DNA from: Eledone cirrhosa
Lineage: Eukaryota
Length of the DNA stretch: 64,000 nt
NCBI GenBank assembly: GCA_964016885.1
Contig: OZ024756.1
Span: 29,450,001 to 29,514,000 of the forward strand
Direction: 5' to 3'
In this document: one piece after another, positions 40,555 to 54,843 of the stretch
Layout: the number at the start of each line of letters is the position of its first letter
Position numbering within the stretch: the stretch's first letter is position 1
Position numbers and translations under genes: made by a program
The notes under the pieces: generated by a model
The model's database searches: none
What the model was told of the DNA's origin: nothing
The model's input: the letters and a program-made list of their open reading frames with translations, nothing else

Positions 40555-41111
40555 TAAATATATATATATTATATATATATAATATATATCACAGAAAAAA
40601 AAAAGAATCAGTGTTGCGACGAATGGAGTTTATTGGACATATTACAATCATTTCTCTGGTGACCAGCTCGAGGGACGATCGATGTGATATATATATATAT
40701 ACACATATACATTCATATATATATCTATCTAAGGCGGGTAAAATTCCCGAGATCCATGGACGAGTTCTCTCCAGCGGTCTCTGTCCCTCATTATCGCTGC
40801 CATGTCCTGCGTCTCCAACAGACCAGTGTCTGTCCTTAAGGCATCAACATACGTTAACCTTGGTCTTCCACTTCTAGTGTATATGCATATATATATATAT
40901 ATATACACATATACGTTTATAATATATATATACAAACATATATATAATATATATGCATATATACATACACATACATTTACAATATATATAAACACATATA
41001 TATATAATATATATATACACATATACATTTATAATATATATATACATACATATATATAATATATATATACACACACATACACATATACATTTATAATATA
41101 TATATACACAC

Positions 41112-41142
<31 letters not shown>

Positions 41143-44100
41143 TACACAATTATAATATATATATACACACATGTATATAATATACATAAACACATAGATT
41201 TATAATATATATATACACATACATTTATAATATATATATACACACATATATAATATATCATCATATATATACACATCATCATATATACACACATATATAT
41301 AATATACATGCATATATATACATATATACATTTATATTATATATGCATATATATATACACACATATACATATATATATGCATACATAGACATATACATAT
41401 ATGCATACCTACATATACATACATACACATATATGCATACATATATATGCATACATACATACATGCATACATATATATGCATACATACATACATGCATAC
41501 ATACATACATATATGCATGCATACATATACATATATGCATGCATACATACATATATGCATGCATACATATACATATATGCATGCATACATACATATATGC
41601 ATGCATACATATACATATATGCATGCATACATACATATATGCATACATACATATACATACATACATACATACATATATGCATACATACATATATGCATAC
41701 ACACATATATGCATACACACATATACATTTATAATAAATATACACATATACATATATCCAAGAGTGGTGCACCAGCATGGCCTTAGCTGGATCTTTAGAA
41801 CAGGTAAAAGAGTAAAAGAGTATATAATATATATATACACACATAATTTCACTGTATTTTAAGCTGTGATCTTTACTATATGAACTAAATATAATGTTCA
41901 TGAATTGTTAAGTGGTCATAATCATGCCACAACAAAGAGCACCCAGTCCACATTGTAAAGTGGTCAAGTTGGTGCCACAACGAAAAGCACCCAGTGCACA
42001 CTAAGCTATGATCATATACAATACGATCTATATACAACATATTTATGTATAATATATGACCCATGCTAGCATAGTATGGAAAAATGGACGTTAAACCATG
42101 ATGATGATGATACATATATACACTCACACACAATCACACTGTATTTCAAGCTGTGATCATACACTATGACCTAAATAGAACATGTTTGTGTTTAATAAGC
42201 ATATATATATATCATTGCATTGAGTATTTTAACCCTTTACCATTTACATTACTCTATATTTACTATTATATTTTCACGGTAAATGCTTTACCTCACATAA
42301 TATCGAATCTATGAGATTGTGGTGAATGCAGCCAGTGTAAGTTATATTAACAGGTATAAATTTGGTTATACTAATACTTACTTGAAGGAAGCCTCTCATG
42401 TGTTCTCGTCCTTCAATGTTAAACATCTTATATGTTTCACTGTTCCCAATATTTTGACCATTTAGAAGCCAGGTGATTGTGGGCTTAGGGAAACTCTTCG
42501 CCGTGCAACTGATGTTTGCTTTGTTGCCCATCCAATTATAGACAGTGGTTGGAGTATCTACAAAAATTGGTCTGTATTTGACTTGTAGGTAGGTTCGTTT
42601 GGCATCATTACCAGCCTCGTTCTCTCCAATACAGGTGTAATTATCGCCATCTAGGTTATCCAGTGACATTATCTTTAGAATTAATAATTGCTTTCCATCT
42701 TGTTTCTTTGCTGTCACTTTAACGCCATTTTTCTGTCAAAGACACAAGTAGGAAAGTAGGAAATGACAAACAACTACAGTGATACCTTGCAGTACAACTT
42801 TAGTTTGTTCCATGACTATGCTTGTTTTACAAATCAATTTTTCCTACTGAAATTAATTAAAATATAAATAATCCATTTCAGGTCCCAAAACCCACCAAAA
42901 AATTATTTTTTATGAGTTTTAAAACAGAAAAGGAGCAGTTACAAGGAAAATGGCAATTATAAAAACATAACAAAAGAGAATACAAAAGAAATATGTAAAC
43001 TGGTTTTATTAATTGTATGAAACTCGCTCGTACTGGGGATTTCCACTTGTACTACAAGACAAAAATTTGCATGAGCCTCAGCTCGTACAGCAAATTACTT
43101 GTACAATGGGGAATTTGTACTGCGAGATTCTACTGTACCATTTTAAGCAGCAAACAGAAGAAAAAATAACAATTTAACCCTTTCTAATAAAATACCATGC
43201 ATTTGATCTAATCAATGGAACAGCCTGCTCATGAAATTAACGTGCAAGGGGCTGAGCATTCCACAAACACGTGTACCCTTAATGTAGTTTTCAGGAAGAT
43301 TTGGCATGACACAGAATGTTACAAGGCTGACCCTTCGAATTAAAGGTACAATTCATTTTTGCCAGCTGAGTGGATTGGAGCAACATGAAATAAAGTGTCT
43401 TGCTCAAGGACACAGCGTGCCATCAGGAATCAAACTCACAACCTTACAATTGTGAGCCAAATTCCCTAACCACAAAGCCACGTGCCTTCTCTGTATTTGA
43501 TATAATATGTAAAGAAGTGAAGAAAATACTAAAATCCTTAATTATTTCATTAAGATTTGTAATATAAAAGATTCTTATCTCAAAGTTAACATAATTCTCA
43601 AAGATATCCAGCAAAAGCCAATATGTGACACAGCTAGCTCCTTCGATTACTGGTACAACATATCTTTACAGCTGAGTGGACTGAAAAAACACTAAGTAAA
43701 GAGTCTTGCTCAACATCTGAGCCAAACACCTTAATCATAAACCCATACACCTCCACAAGACTTATCTACTGGACTTACAATACCGTAATCCAAAATATTC
43801 AGTGAAAATACATTTAGTGAGAGATCAGAGGCAGTAAGGAGTGGAAAGGTCCCTTTATGCCAGCTCTTAGTCAGCCCAGTAATGGCAACATAAAGTAAAA
43901 GGAACACTTCAATCCTATTGACACATTGAGAACATCCCTAGTGCTGGTGCCACAATAGAATGCACCCGAAGTACACTCTGTAAAGTGACTGGTGATCAAA
44001 GACAATATAGAATAAAAAAGACTCTCCAATGTTGCTAAGCACGACAAAATGCTGGTGCCATGATAAAATGTCTTACATTTGTGTTCCATGAATTCTAAAT

Positions 44101-46102
44101 AGAAAATCCTAGAATATTTTTTGGCAGATCATAGCATTTGGGTGAGTGTGTGTTGTGACAGATGGCCAAAAAGGTTGTGCAAACATTATTATACAGATTG
44201 CTATATCAGGTCCTAGCACTTTAGTGGTCTTCCTTTCCAAGGTCACAACTTATCTAGTGGTGTGTGTGACTTATAAACAGTTATACCATGCCTGGACTCT
44301 TTGATTCCTTGTGTACTATGGTGTCATTGAATCTGGTGGAGCACATCACTCTCCATGTCTGAACACACACCCACAGAGAGAGAGAGAGAGAAGCTGACCA
44401 TGGTGTGATTCCAACTTAGATTGCATAGAGACAGAACAAATACAGTAAAGCATTCCATCTGATGTTCTAACAACTACCAGTTAACAACTTACACAAATGG
44501 ATATAAATGGTAATAAATAGGAAATGTTTGAAAATCTATACTGACCTCAGTACCGATGGGGAAAGGGGCATCATTGCTCCGTTGCCAGGTGAGTGAAGGT
44601 ATTGGAACACCTGTACCTTCACATGTTATGACGATTACTTTATTTTCTTCGCCTGTAACTTTCTTAGGGACTGATACTACAGGAGGTACTGTCAAGAAGA
44701 ATAAATAAGTAAATAAATGAAAAAGAAAATAAGTAAATAAATAAAAAAAATAAAAAAAATAAAATTAAAATACGTTTACAATGTTTACATTTCAATGTTT
44801 TGATAGCAACCAGGCTAAAACTGACCCTGGTTCTATGAAACTAAACCACACATTTGTTGCAGATGCCGTGAAATGGGATTGAACCAGTAACAAAGCAAAC
44901 TCCTTTATACCAGCGCCTATACCAATATCACCATAGTATAATTAATGCAACACTGGAATCCACCCAATGCACTGTGCAAATATTGGCAATAGTAACACAA
45001 TACAATGTGCACAGCTCATTCTGCCAAAGATAAAAAAAAGCACATAACCAACAGTAAAATGGCAATGCTGGTGTCATTATCAAATGCCCACAATCTACTC
45101 TGTAATCATATAATAAAAGGAAGAATGCAGAACTGTGTCCTGAATATATTTTTTTTATCCCGTTAGTAAAATAAGTTGGATTATTTTGAATAAATAATTG
45201 TTTCTACTTTAGGCACAAGGCCAGCAATTACCCAGTGCATTACTGGTACTTTATTTTATCGACCCCGTAAGGATGAAAGGCAAAGTCAACCTCGGCAGGA
45301 TTTGAACTCAGATTGTAAAGGGACGTAACTATGCTGTAAAGCATGGCGTCCGACCCTCTACCGATACTGCCAATCCACCGCCCTTTTGAATAAATAATGA
45401 ATGAATATTACATAATTTATGTACTAAATTTCGTAGCTGTTGATTAAACATAAATATTCTTATATATAATGATTGCTTATTTTAAGATTCACTTCTTTTA
45501 AAATTTTCAAATGTCAATACTTCTGGTTTTGATATAACAGATGCTATATTATAACGCTTATATAAACGTTCATATTTTTGCATCGTTATATAACAACGTT
45601 TATATTTCTGTCGCTAATTTTCTCCTTTTTCGTTTTTATTGCATTTCACCATATATATAATATCGGTTTTTTTAAATGTATTATGGATTACTTTACTGAT
45701 TACAGAAGACAGCATAACACAGTCTCTCTTCAATTTCTGTGCGTATTGTCGATTACGATTTTATTTCATGTATCACCCAAAGGGTTGTTTTTCTGCTAGT
45801 ATTTGTAATGATGAGACCCTGATCAAATGAACCAAGTCCACTCTGTAGCAAGTACCATAATAAAATGAACCCAGTACATGAGGTAAAGTGGTAGTGATAG
45901 TACTGCAATAAAATGCATCTGGTATAAGCTGCAAAGCAGCTGATGTTAAGAACAGCATCCAACTATAGAAACCATGCCAAAGGAGAATGAATGAGCAAGA
46001 CATGGACGTCCAACATGTCTAATCTCAGAATGTGACAACCCATCCAACCAATGCTACTGTTGAAAATGTACATGAAACAGGGATGTGTGAGCATATAATA
46101 TC

Positions 46103-46154
<52 letters not shown>

Positions 46155-49100
46155 CCTACACACACACACATAAATATATATCAAACTCTGCTTAGAGTAT
46201 TGCAATCACTTGTCAGATCCAGATATGTGACGCTTGGATATGGCTTTTCAAGCCTGCTAAAGACTTGCACTCCATCGCACATTGACGACAACTATAGATC
46301 TCCCTGGCCTCAGGTCTTATATCAGGCTGCCTGTGAACCTTCACAATACCGTGGAGATCATAGTTCACTGGTTCTCTTTGAACATGGTTGCGACTGTGGC
46401 TCCTGAGACCAGATTTGCTCAAGCAAATCTTTCCACAATCGGGGCACACCAGTTCAATGGAGAAACTGATCGTTTGAGAGATACACCAGGGCATTGCTTA
46501 CGCACATCCCGTTTGATCCTCTCATGCTCTATGCGTCAAAATTATGGACCCCATCATTCACTATTCCTACATACATATATATGGTGGCTGCCAACTCGTT
46601 TTCGAGTACGGCCACTACTTTATATCCATGTAGGAGAACCCCTACCGATGCGCTGAACGAGTGTGACTTTTTAGTCCAGCCAGCGACTTGAAAACTCTGG
46701 TACAAACACTACACTTGTGACAATTATTGACACATAGTGCTGGGCCCATGGTACCATGTGATATATATATATACATACATACACACATACAATAACATCA
46801 ATCTATATTATGTGTACGCGTACACGTGCGTGTATGTGTGTGCAGAGAGCTCATTGATTTATCTAAAGAAAATCTTACTTACCAAGTATAGTTACATCTG
46901 CAACAGCACTGACATTACCACCAACGTTGCTTGCAACACATTTATATTTACCGCTATCGCTTTTTTGTACCTTTTTAATATCCAGTCTCCCAATATTTCT
47001 GTCTATTTTTATCCTGTCATCGTTCAACTTGATACCATTCTGTGGAGAAAAGAAATAATTACAGTTAGCAACTGCTTATTTCAATTGTAGATTATAAAGC
47101 TATTACATACTCTGTAAAGTGTTAGTACTGGTGCCACAAAATACACTCAGTACTATCTGTTAATTAGTAGTATTGGTGCCATGATAAAACACATCTAGTA
47201 TACAATGCAAAGTGGTTGGCCTTAGGAAAGGCATCCGACTGTAAAACCAATACCAAAATTGAGCTTATGAATAAGATGTGGTCATTTTTATCTGGTCTTT
47301 TTTTAGTGTCAGACTGTGACAACCTACGCAACACATGCCAGCATGGAAAATGTATAACAGTGATAATAATGATGATTATTTTATATATATATATATGTTC
47401 AAAAGTTTTTGTGAAGTACAAAGAAGTGAAAATGTTAAGATATACCTTGTACCAGTCATATACAGGTTTAGGAGTACCAGTGGCTTCACAAATCAATTTG
47501 AAATCTGAGCCTTCGACAGGCTTGCTCATTTGTGGAGGAGTAGATATCTTTGGGAGCACTGCAAGTAGAACAAGATCAGAGAACTTTAATATACTGATAT
47601 TGGTTGAGAAGGGAGGTGAAAGAGTGGTGGAGTGAGAAAGGGAAAAGTGGATAAATAATGTAGTCCAAGATACACTATGCCTAATGGAAAATCTTTACAG
47701 CAACTCCTCTTCTAAACCGCACATGTGCACTGGCACTGTTTGGTCCCGTACATGTCAAAATTCTGCTGCACGGAAGCTTTCAAATATTGCCATCCGTAAC
47801 TTAAAAATGTTGGTGGTCACTAGCTTTGAATTTAAAATATTTTTGCCTTAAGTATCAAACTTTCCAGTCTCGGAATGTTGGTTGATGGTCAAAACTGGAT
47901 CTCCTTTTATAGAAGATCTCCTTCCTAGTTCAAAGAAAAACAACAACACTAGCTAAATGTCAGCTTTTGATACTAAACCATTCCTGGTTCTATGATACAA
48001 AATTGTTTCTTCTTAAAAAGTTTATATCTACCTAACAACCTTCTGTTATAATATTATGTAAGAACATCTAGTCGTGTCATAAGAAGCAACTAAAAGTGTT
48101 AGTGTCAGGAAGGGCATCTAGCTGTAAAAAATTGTCTTAAACCATCCTGTCTAAAACCATGCCAGCATGGAAAAGTGGACAACAATGCTGATGAATGTTT
48201 AAGTTATGTTCCAAACACCAGCTTAATAATTTAATAATGAAAAAATTAGTTATATTACTAGTCTCTCTGAATTCTTGATTCTTCTTCTTAGCCCACTTAT
48301 TTATGAGAGGGTCGTTGGGGCACAGCCCTCAGACACTCCCTCCAGTGGCAACTGTCTCCAACTAATCCAGCTGGATCCCCAAGCATGACCAGCCAAGCTC
48401 ATGGATGTTATCCAACCATCTTGCTCGGGGTCTACCCCTGGGTCTCCTACCGGTTGGTTTTGCTCATAAAATCTGTCCAGTGATTCTTTCCTGAGACATT
48501 CTAACTACATACCCATTATAACTTCTTGATTATTTTAAAAATTATCTGAACATCATAGGCAGTGTCTTTTCATTAAAAATATAACAAAAAACTTAACTTT
48601 ACAGCCCTCACGATTCCAATCTAATAAAGATCACCAATTTAGTTATATGTTTTTATCGTGTTTGTATTTGAATCATAATATTCCGTCATAACCCTTTTGT
48701 TTCCAGCAAGAATTCTCTCACCTCTTTCTGTTCAAACTGGCAGTAACCAGCCACTCATACTGATGTTAAGCTATTGTTCTCAAAATAAATATCAAAATCT
48801 CAGGTTCAATATTATGAAAATATATCAATACTCATCTTTTTCAATTTCTTAGAGGGTTCTAAACCCCACTATCAGGCTGGTCAAAAAATAAGGCGAAAGC
48901 TTCTATTTTCTAATTTCAAACTCGCTCACTGTTTCAAAACATACTTACTTAGTAAATATAGAGTAATAAAAATGCTAAAAGGTTAAGCAACATTCCAAAC
49001 ATGAGATTAAATTAAGCTATTTTATTAAATTCCTAATTTTTTTAATTTATTTATTTCAACATTAATTAAATCATTTTGCTACCAAATTTACATAAATGAT

Positions 49101-52100
49101 AAGATGCAATATATATTCATTTTATTCTATTTACTTACCTACAACTTTAACCACGATCGCTTGTTCAACGAATGAACTCTTACTAATAATTTCTGCTTCC
49201 ACTTTGTATACTCCATTATCTGCTTCAGTTATATCGTCAATTATCAAACCATCAGCAAGCAATTCATAACGGCCATCTAAGAAGACAATCACAATTATTT
49301 AAGATTAACATTTCAAATCTCAATTAAAACATGGTTGCCGCTGCAGAATTCTCCAAGTTTCAGTCGCTCTCCAACAGGTTTACAGTCGAGACTTCTGGTG
49401 TCCTTGACCCTAGGGCTACCTCCTTACTCACCACTATAGGCACTGAGCTGGCAAGCTGCAGGTGTGAGCCTCACGAGATGGAATGGCTCTTCCAGTGCAT
49501 CTCCCTTACCATCCTCCGGGGAAACGCCTTCTCTATTCTGTCCGCCGGGGCCATGGAACAGCCAGCGTGTGGGACCCTATTTGCTCACAATAATGAGAGA
49601 TGGGGAGAGCGAGAAAGATGGAGGCAATCACAGTGGGAGTTTGGGTCCTCTGTGTTTGGACCTGGTGTACATGAGAGATGTCAAGGACGAGAAGAGAGAT
49701 GAAGGTGATGACAGTGGGAGTTTGGCTCCTGTGTTCAGACTTGGTGTATGTGTATGTTTACCATAATTCGTCGTCTTATTATTATTATTATTATTAAAAT
49801 ATTGATACAGAGTTCATTAAAGTAAAACATAAGTTGTCTTTTACTCTCTCACAGGAAATCAAATACAGGCACATGCATAAGTGTAAAGTACATTCCTACA
49901 CTTTGAAAATATAAATAAATAAATAAAATAAGGAGACATATACCTGTATTGATCTTTTTTGATTTGTATTTCCATACAACAGTTGGAGAAGGGTCTCCAA
50001 TGGCAGTACATTTAATCTTGGCAGGCATATTTATAATAGGCTGCTGTAGGGTTGGACAGGCAGTAAAGGCAAGCTTACCTGTTGAAAGAAAAATCAAAAG
50101 TAAATAAATAAATAATAATAATAATGGTTTCTGATTTAGGCACCAGGCCAACAATTTTTGGGAAGTTAATTAATTTGACCCCAGTTACAGGTATTTTATT
50201 TTATCGACCCTCGTAAAGATGAAAGTCAAAGCTAAACTTGGCGGGATTTGAACTCAGAACATGTTGTTCGTTGCTCTACTGATACTGCCAATCCAAATAA
50301 TAATATAACATAACTCAATGTATTAATTCTTTTATTGGTATAGCCCTTGGTCAGCACATTCAAGGGATTTAGTTGGTGATAGTTATATGGATTAGAATAG
50401 GTACAGTGAACTTTTCTACATGTCCTAACAGGATGGCACCAGGAAGGACATCAGCTGTAAAACATTGCCTCAAAAAGGACCCCATGATGAGTATGAAGCC
50501 TATCATAGGGCTCGCAAAGCTAACACCTACTTTAGCAGAGAAAATGGCCTTAAAATGTTTGTTGTAGTTATTGTAAACACACAGAGTTATGACCATCTAG
50601 TAGGTGAAGCTTATATTGCAAGTAACAGCCACTTATAGAATCAAATCTGAACAACTATCTTTATATTTTGATAAATGCTGTGAAGGATCAAAGCACTAGA
50701 TTAAAAGGATAAACAGGTTTTATGATTTATGATGATGATGATGATGATTCAAGTTACAAACAGTGTTTTATAATTTCTTACATTTATACTTTATTAATTA
50801 TAGTATTCTGTACACCCTAAAGACATTTTACATAGCAGATGGCTGACAAGGAAGTTGTTTGTCTTCCTCTATGCTGGTGTGTGTGTGTGTATGTGGGGGG
50901 GAGATAAAACTAAATTATAAACACATATCTTCATCTTAGCTGCTTTATGACCATTTCCATGCTGGCATGGGTTGGACAGGTTGTCATATTCTCAAGTGTT
51001 TTAAGGTCAGGGGTCCCAATTCTACCAAATTATTACAGCTCACACTTATATACATTTATCTGGCTTGCTGTGAGGTTCTATCTTTTAGGGTTCTTGGGTG
51101 ATTTAATGATATGAGTCCCAATCTTATCATACCCCCACATATCTATATTGCAGCATACACCTAACCTTCTATGAGTTTGTATCTCACAGGATGTCTCTCA
51201 GATGTTTTAATGTCACGGGCCCTAGTCATATCATACTACAGCTCATGCCTATGTAGATTTATCTGGCCTCCTATGAGGTAACTCATAGGAGGTTTCTCAG
51301 ATGTTTTAATAATAGGGACCCCCAGTCTTATCATGAACAGCAGCTTGAAATGAGATATGTTGCTCAAGAACACAACATTCTGTCCTGTCCACCTCACAAC
51401 CTTAGAATCATGAGTACCACACACTATGAAATTTATAGCTCACATCTTTATACAGACTTGCATCTCATGGGAGGTCTCTTGGGGGTTTTAATGATAGGGT
51501 CCCTCAGTATTATCATGAAAAGCAACATAAAGTACAACACATTGTCAGGAGTAATGTGAAATAAAATGTCTTGTTCAGGAACAAATATGTGCTCTCCTTC
51601 CCCTATCCAGAAATCGAACCCTCAGCCATAAGATCATGAATCCAATGCCCTAACCACTAAGCTGTGCTGCCAGATTTAACCCCGTTGCGCTGTGTTTCCG
51701 CTATAGCAATAATAGCTTAAAGATAAACTCTAATGGATTCCCATTAAAGCGGTAATGAACAACACATGTAGAAAAAGATAAAATACTAAAAATGGATAAC
51801 TGATCACATTGCAGCTTTGTAGTTACATGTGTTTATGATTCACTGGACCAGAGAGGGTTATAATATATATATATATAGAAAGAAAGAGGGCTATTGGTTA
51901 TCAGAGAGCTGTTGGCTATTTTTGAAGGTACCCGGAAAAACCCCATATCTCGGGAACCCGTGCTCCAATTTACACGAAACATGTTTTATTCCATTTGTAT
52001 TTTCATTTCAGGGACAACTTCCTTTCAAAGTATTTTCCCATTATGCACTGTTTTGGCTCTATTACATTATTGACAAGCACATAATCACAGAGTTTTAGTA

Positions 52101-54592
52101 GTATATAGATTGCTAATAGCATCCCCTAGAGCTGTTGTTTACTTTTGTTTTTAATCGTGAAAATAACATGGTTTTTTTTGTTTGTTTGTTTGTTTGTTTT
52201 TTGTGATGAAATGAGCATGTAATGAACCCAACACTTCACCTGGTAAAGGATCAAGATCTAGACTCTTTACAGTTGAGGAAATTATTGATGATATTTATTC
52301 AATGGGCAAAGGTTAGTAAGAATTTCAACAAGTTTACTGTTGTGCAGACTGTGTGAGTAATTCCAACAATGAAACTCATGAAAGCGGTGAAGGAAGTAGC
52401 GATTTGGGTGAACAAATTTGGTGTGGCTCTCACACAGCTGATTACTGGTAGGAGCAGTGATTATATAAATCTAGATGAAGGGTGGGTAGACATATTTACT
52501 GCACTTTGTGTTGATTCTGTCCATTAGTTTGCCTGCAATCATTAAACCTGAGCTGTGTATGCAACAATTTATTTATTTTTTTTACTCGGGAGTCCAGGAG
52601 GAGAGTAAAGTTAGACACAGGGACCCAGGTCTGGGAGATCCAAACTTAGTATAGAAATTACTAACTGAAAACTGTAAACAAAGAGAAACTTACGGTATAC
52701 TTTCAGTGATGCGGATGCTTCCAGCCGCTTGCCATCTACAGTTGTTACACATGTGTATGTTCCAGCATCATTTATAGTCAAATTCTTCAGAATCAGCTTG
52801 CTCACGTGAACGTCTTCACGAATTGTAGCCCTGGAAAAATTAGTAGTCAAAGGAAGAATTCAATAATTAAAATCAATAAATATATTGAACTGTTCATAAA
52901 TATCAAATCACTTAAGATGATTTAACTCTTAACGTCCTGTATTACACAAAACCATATGCAAGGTGTTCTTTAAAAGTACAAAACAGCACTATGACTGAAT
53001 CATTAAAAATGAATCTTTACACTAATACTGCAAACTTTTACAACAATCTGTCCACTAATAAAGACACTATAAATACTTAAATTAACAAACCACATTAGCA
53101 AGACAGTCTTGTAAAGTACAAAACATTCTATATTAGCTTTACATTAATATTGCAATTTTTTAACAACAACCAGGGCCGGAGCACTTCAGGTTTGGAGGAC
53201 CCCACATTCACAAAAAAATTAGAATATACGCCAAACCCCCAATTTCACAATATTAAAATGAGCTTGGCACAATACCAGCTATACATACAGGTATTAAATT
53301 TTTTTTTAATCTAACCATCCTAAAACGAAAAAGCCTAGCAGAGAGCACAAATAAATTTCTACAGCAGTCGCTGGTGGGGCACCCCACTGCAGGAGACCCA
53401 GGGCAATTCCCCTCATTGGCCCCCATTAAATCTGGCCCTGACAACAATCTGTTCACTAATAATGATGGTATAGATCTGCTTTTAGATATTTTTCTGCTAA
53501 ACCCTAACAGGGGGTTAAGAGTTTTAAATAATTCAAAAGAACAAGATTTTCAATATCAATAATTTTAAAACTATCTCAATTGGTGGGGGTTGCAGGGGAT
53601 ATTTTAACAATTTATGTTATATCCTTATAGTTGATTTTAATTAGAATTTTAAACATATTTTTGTACATACAGGAAATATGCAGAAGAAAGATAAGGAAAA
53701 AGAATGGAAGTTGGGTAGAGCAGGAGTGTGTGAGCGTGTGTGAGAGGGATTGCCACTGGTGGAAGAGGTGAGAGAGGGGGAGGGAAAAGAGGGGAAGGAA
53801 GGAAAGAGACAAGAGATGGAAGGGGTGAGGGAGAAGAGATGACAGGAGAAAGGACAAGAGAGGGGAGAGATAGAGAAAGGTAAAGAGAGGAGAGAAAGAT
53901 AGAGGCGAGAGAGAGGGAGTGAGGGAGAGGAAGGAGAGGGAGCGAGAGAGAGGAAGGAGAGGGAGAGGAAGAAGAGAGGAGAGAGGAAGGTGGAAAAGAG
54001 ACGGGAGAGAGAGGAAGGTGGAAAAGAGACGGGAGAGAGAGGGAGATGAGGAGAGGAGAAAAGAGAGAAAGAAAGAGGCAGATTTGGGTTTAGCTGGCCT
54101 CCTACTAAAATGCACCTCAAAGGAAGTTTCCCAGGTATTCTAATGATAAGGGCATCTGTCCTACCATCAACAGGATGTGAAATGAAATGTCTCGCTGAGG
54201 AGCACTGTTAGACTATCCAGGATTTAAATCCATGATCATAGGATCATGAGTCCAACACCCTAACTACTAGGCCATGCACCTTCCCTAATGATGATGATGA
54301 TGATAAATGAAAAGAAAGGCAAGGAGTAACAGTATTTAATTATATAGTAAGAGAGTGTACATTAAAACAGTCATCAATCAGAAAATTCAATGAAATGCAA
54401 TAGATAAGAAACAATATCAAGAAGTGATGTATCAAGAAGTGATGTATCAAGAAGTGATAATGGAAGAGGATATACACACACACACACAGACACACACTCA
54501 CACACATACACATATATATGCACACACACATACACACACGCACACATACATACATATATATATTTACACGCATATATTTATATCCAAACATG

Positions 54593-54647
<55 letters not shown>

Positions 54648-54797
54648 TGAAAGAAAAAGAAGAAAAAAATATATGGATAGAGTCAAGCAGTTATTGTGAA
54701 GACAATGTTAATTTAAAGCCATTTGAATTAACAACATACCATACAATAGTGATACAACAATTTTACAGACATTTACATATTATACATACACATGTTT

Positions 54798-54843
<46 letters not shown>

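Noticed and set aside
46213-46494. C2H2 zinc-finger ORF as a nested gene
   Set aside because: Frameshifted upstream, no splice structure, ends at a microsatellite; fits a LINE ORF2 C-terminus.
53612-54143. Leu/Ser/Pro- and Arg/Glu-rich ORFs
   Set aside because: Translation of a polypurine low-complexity tract.
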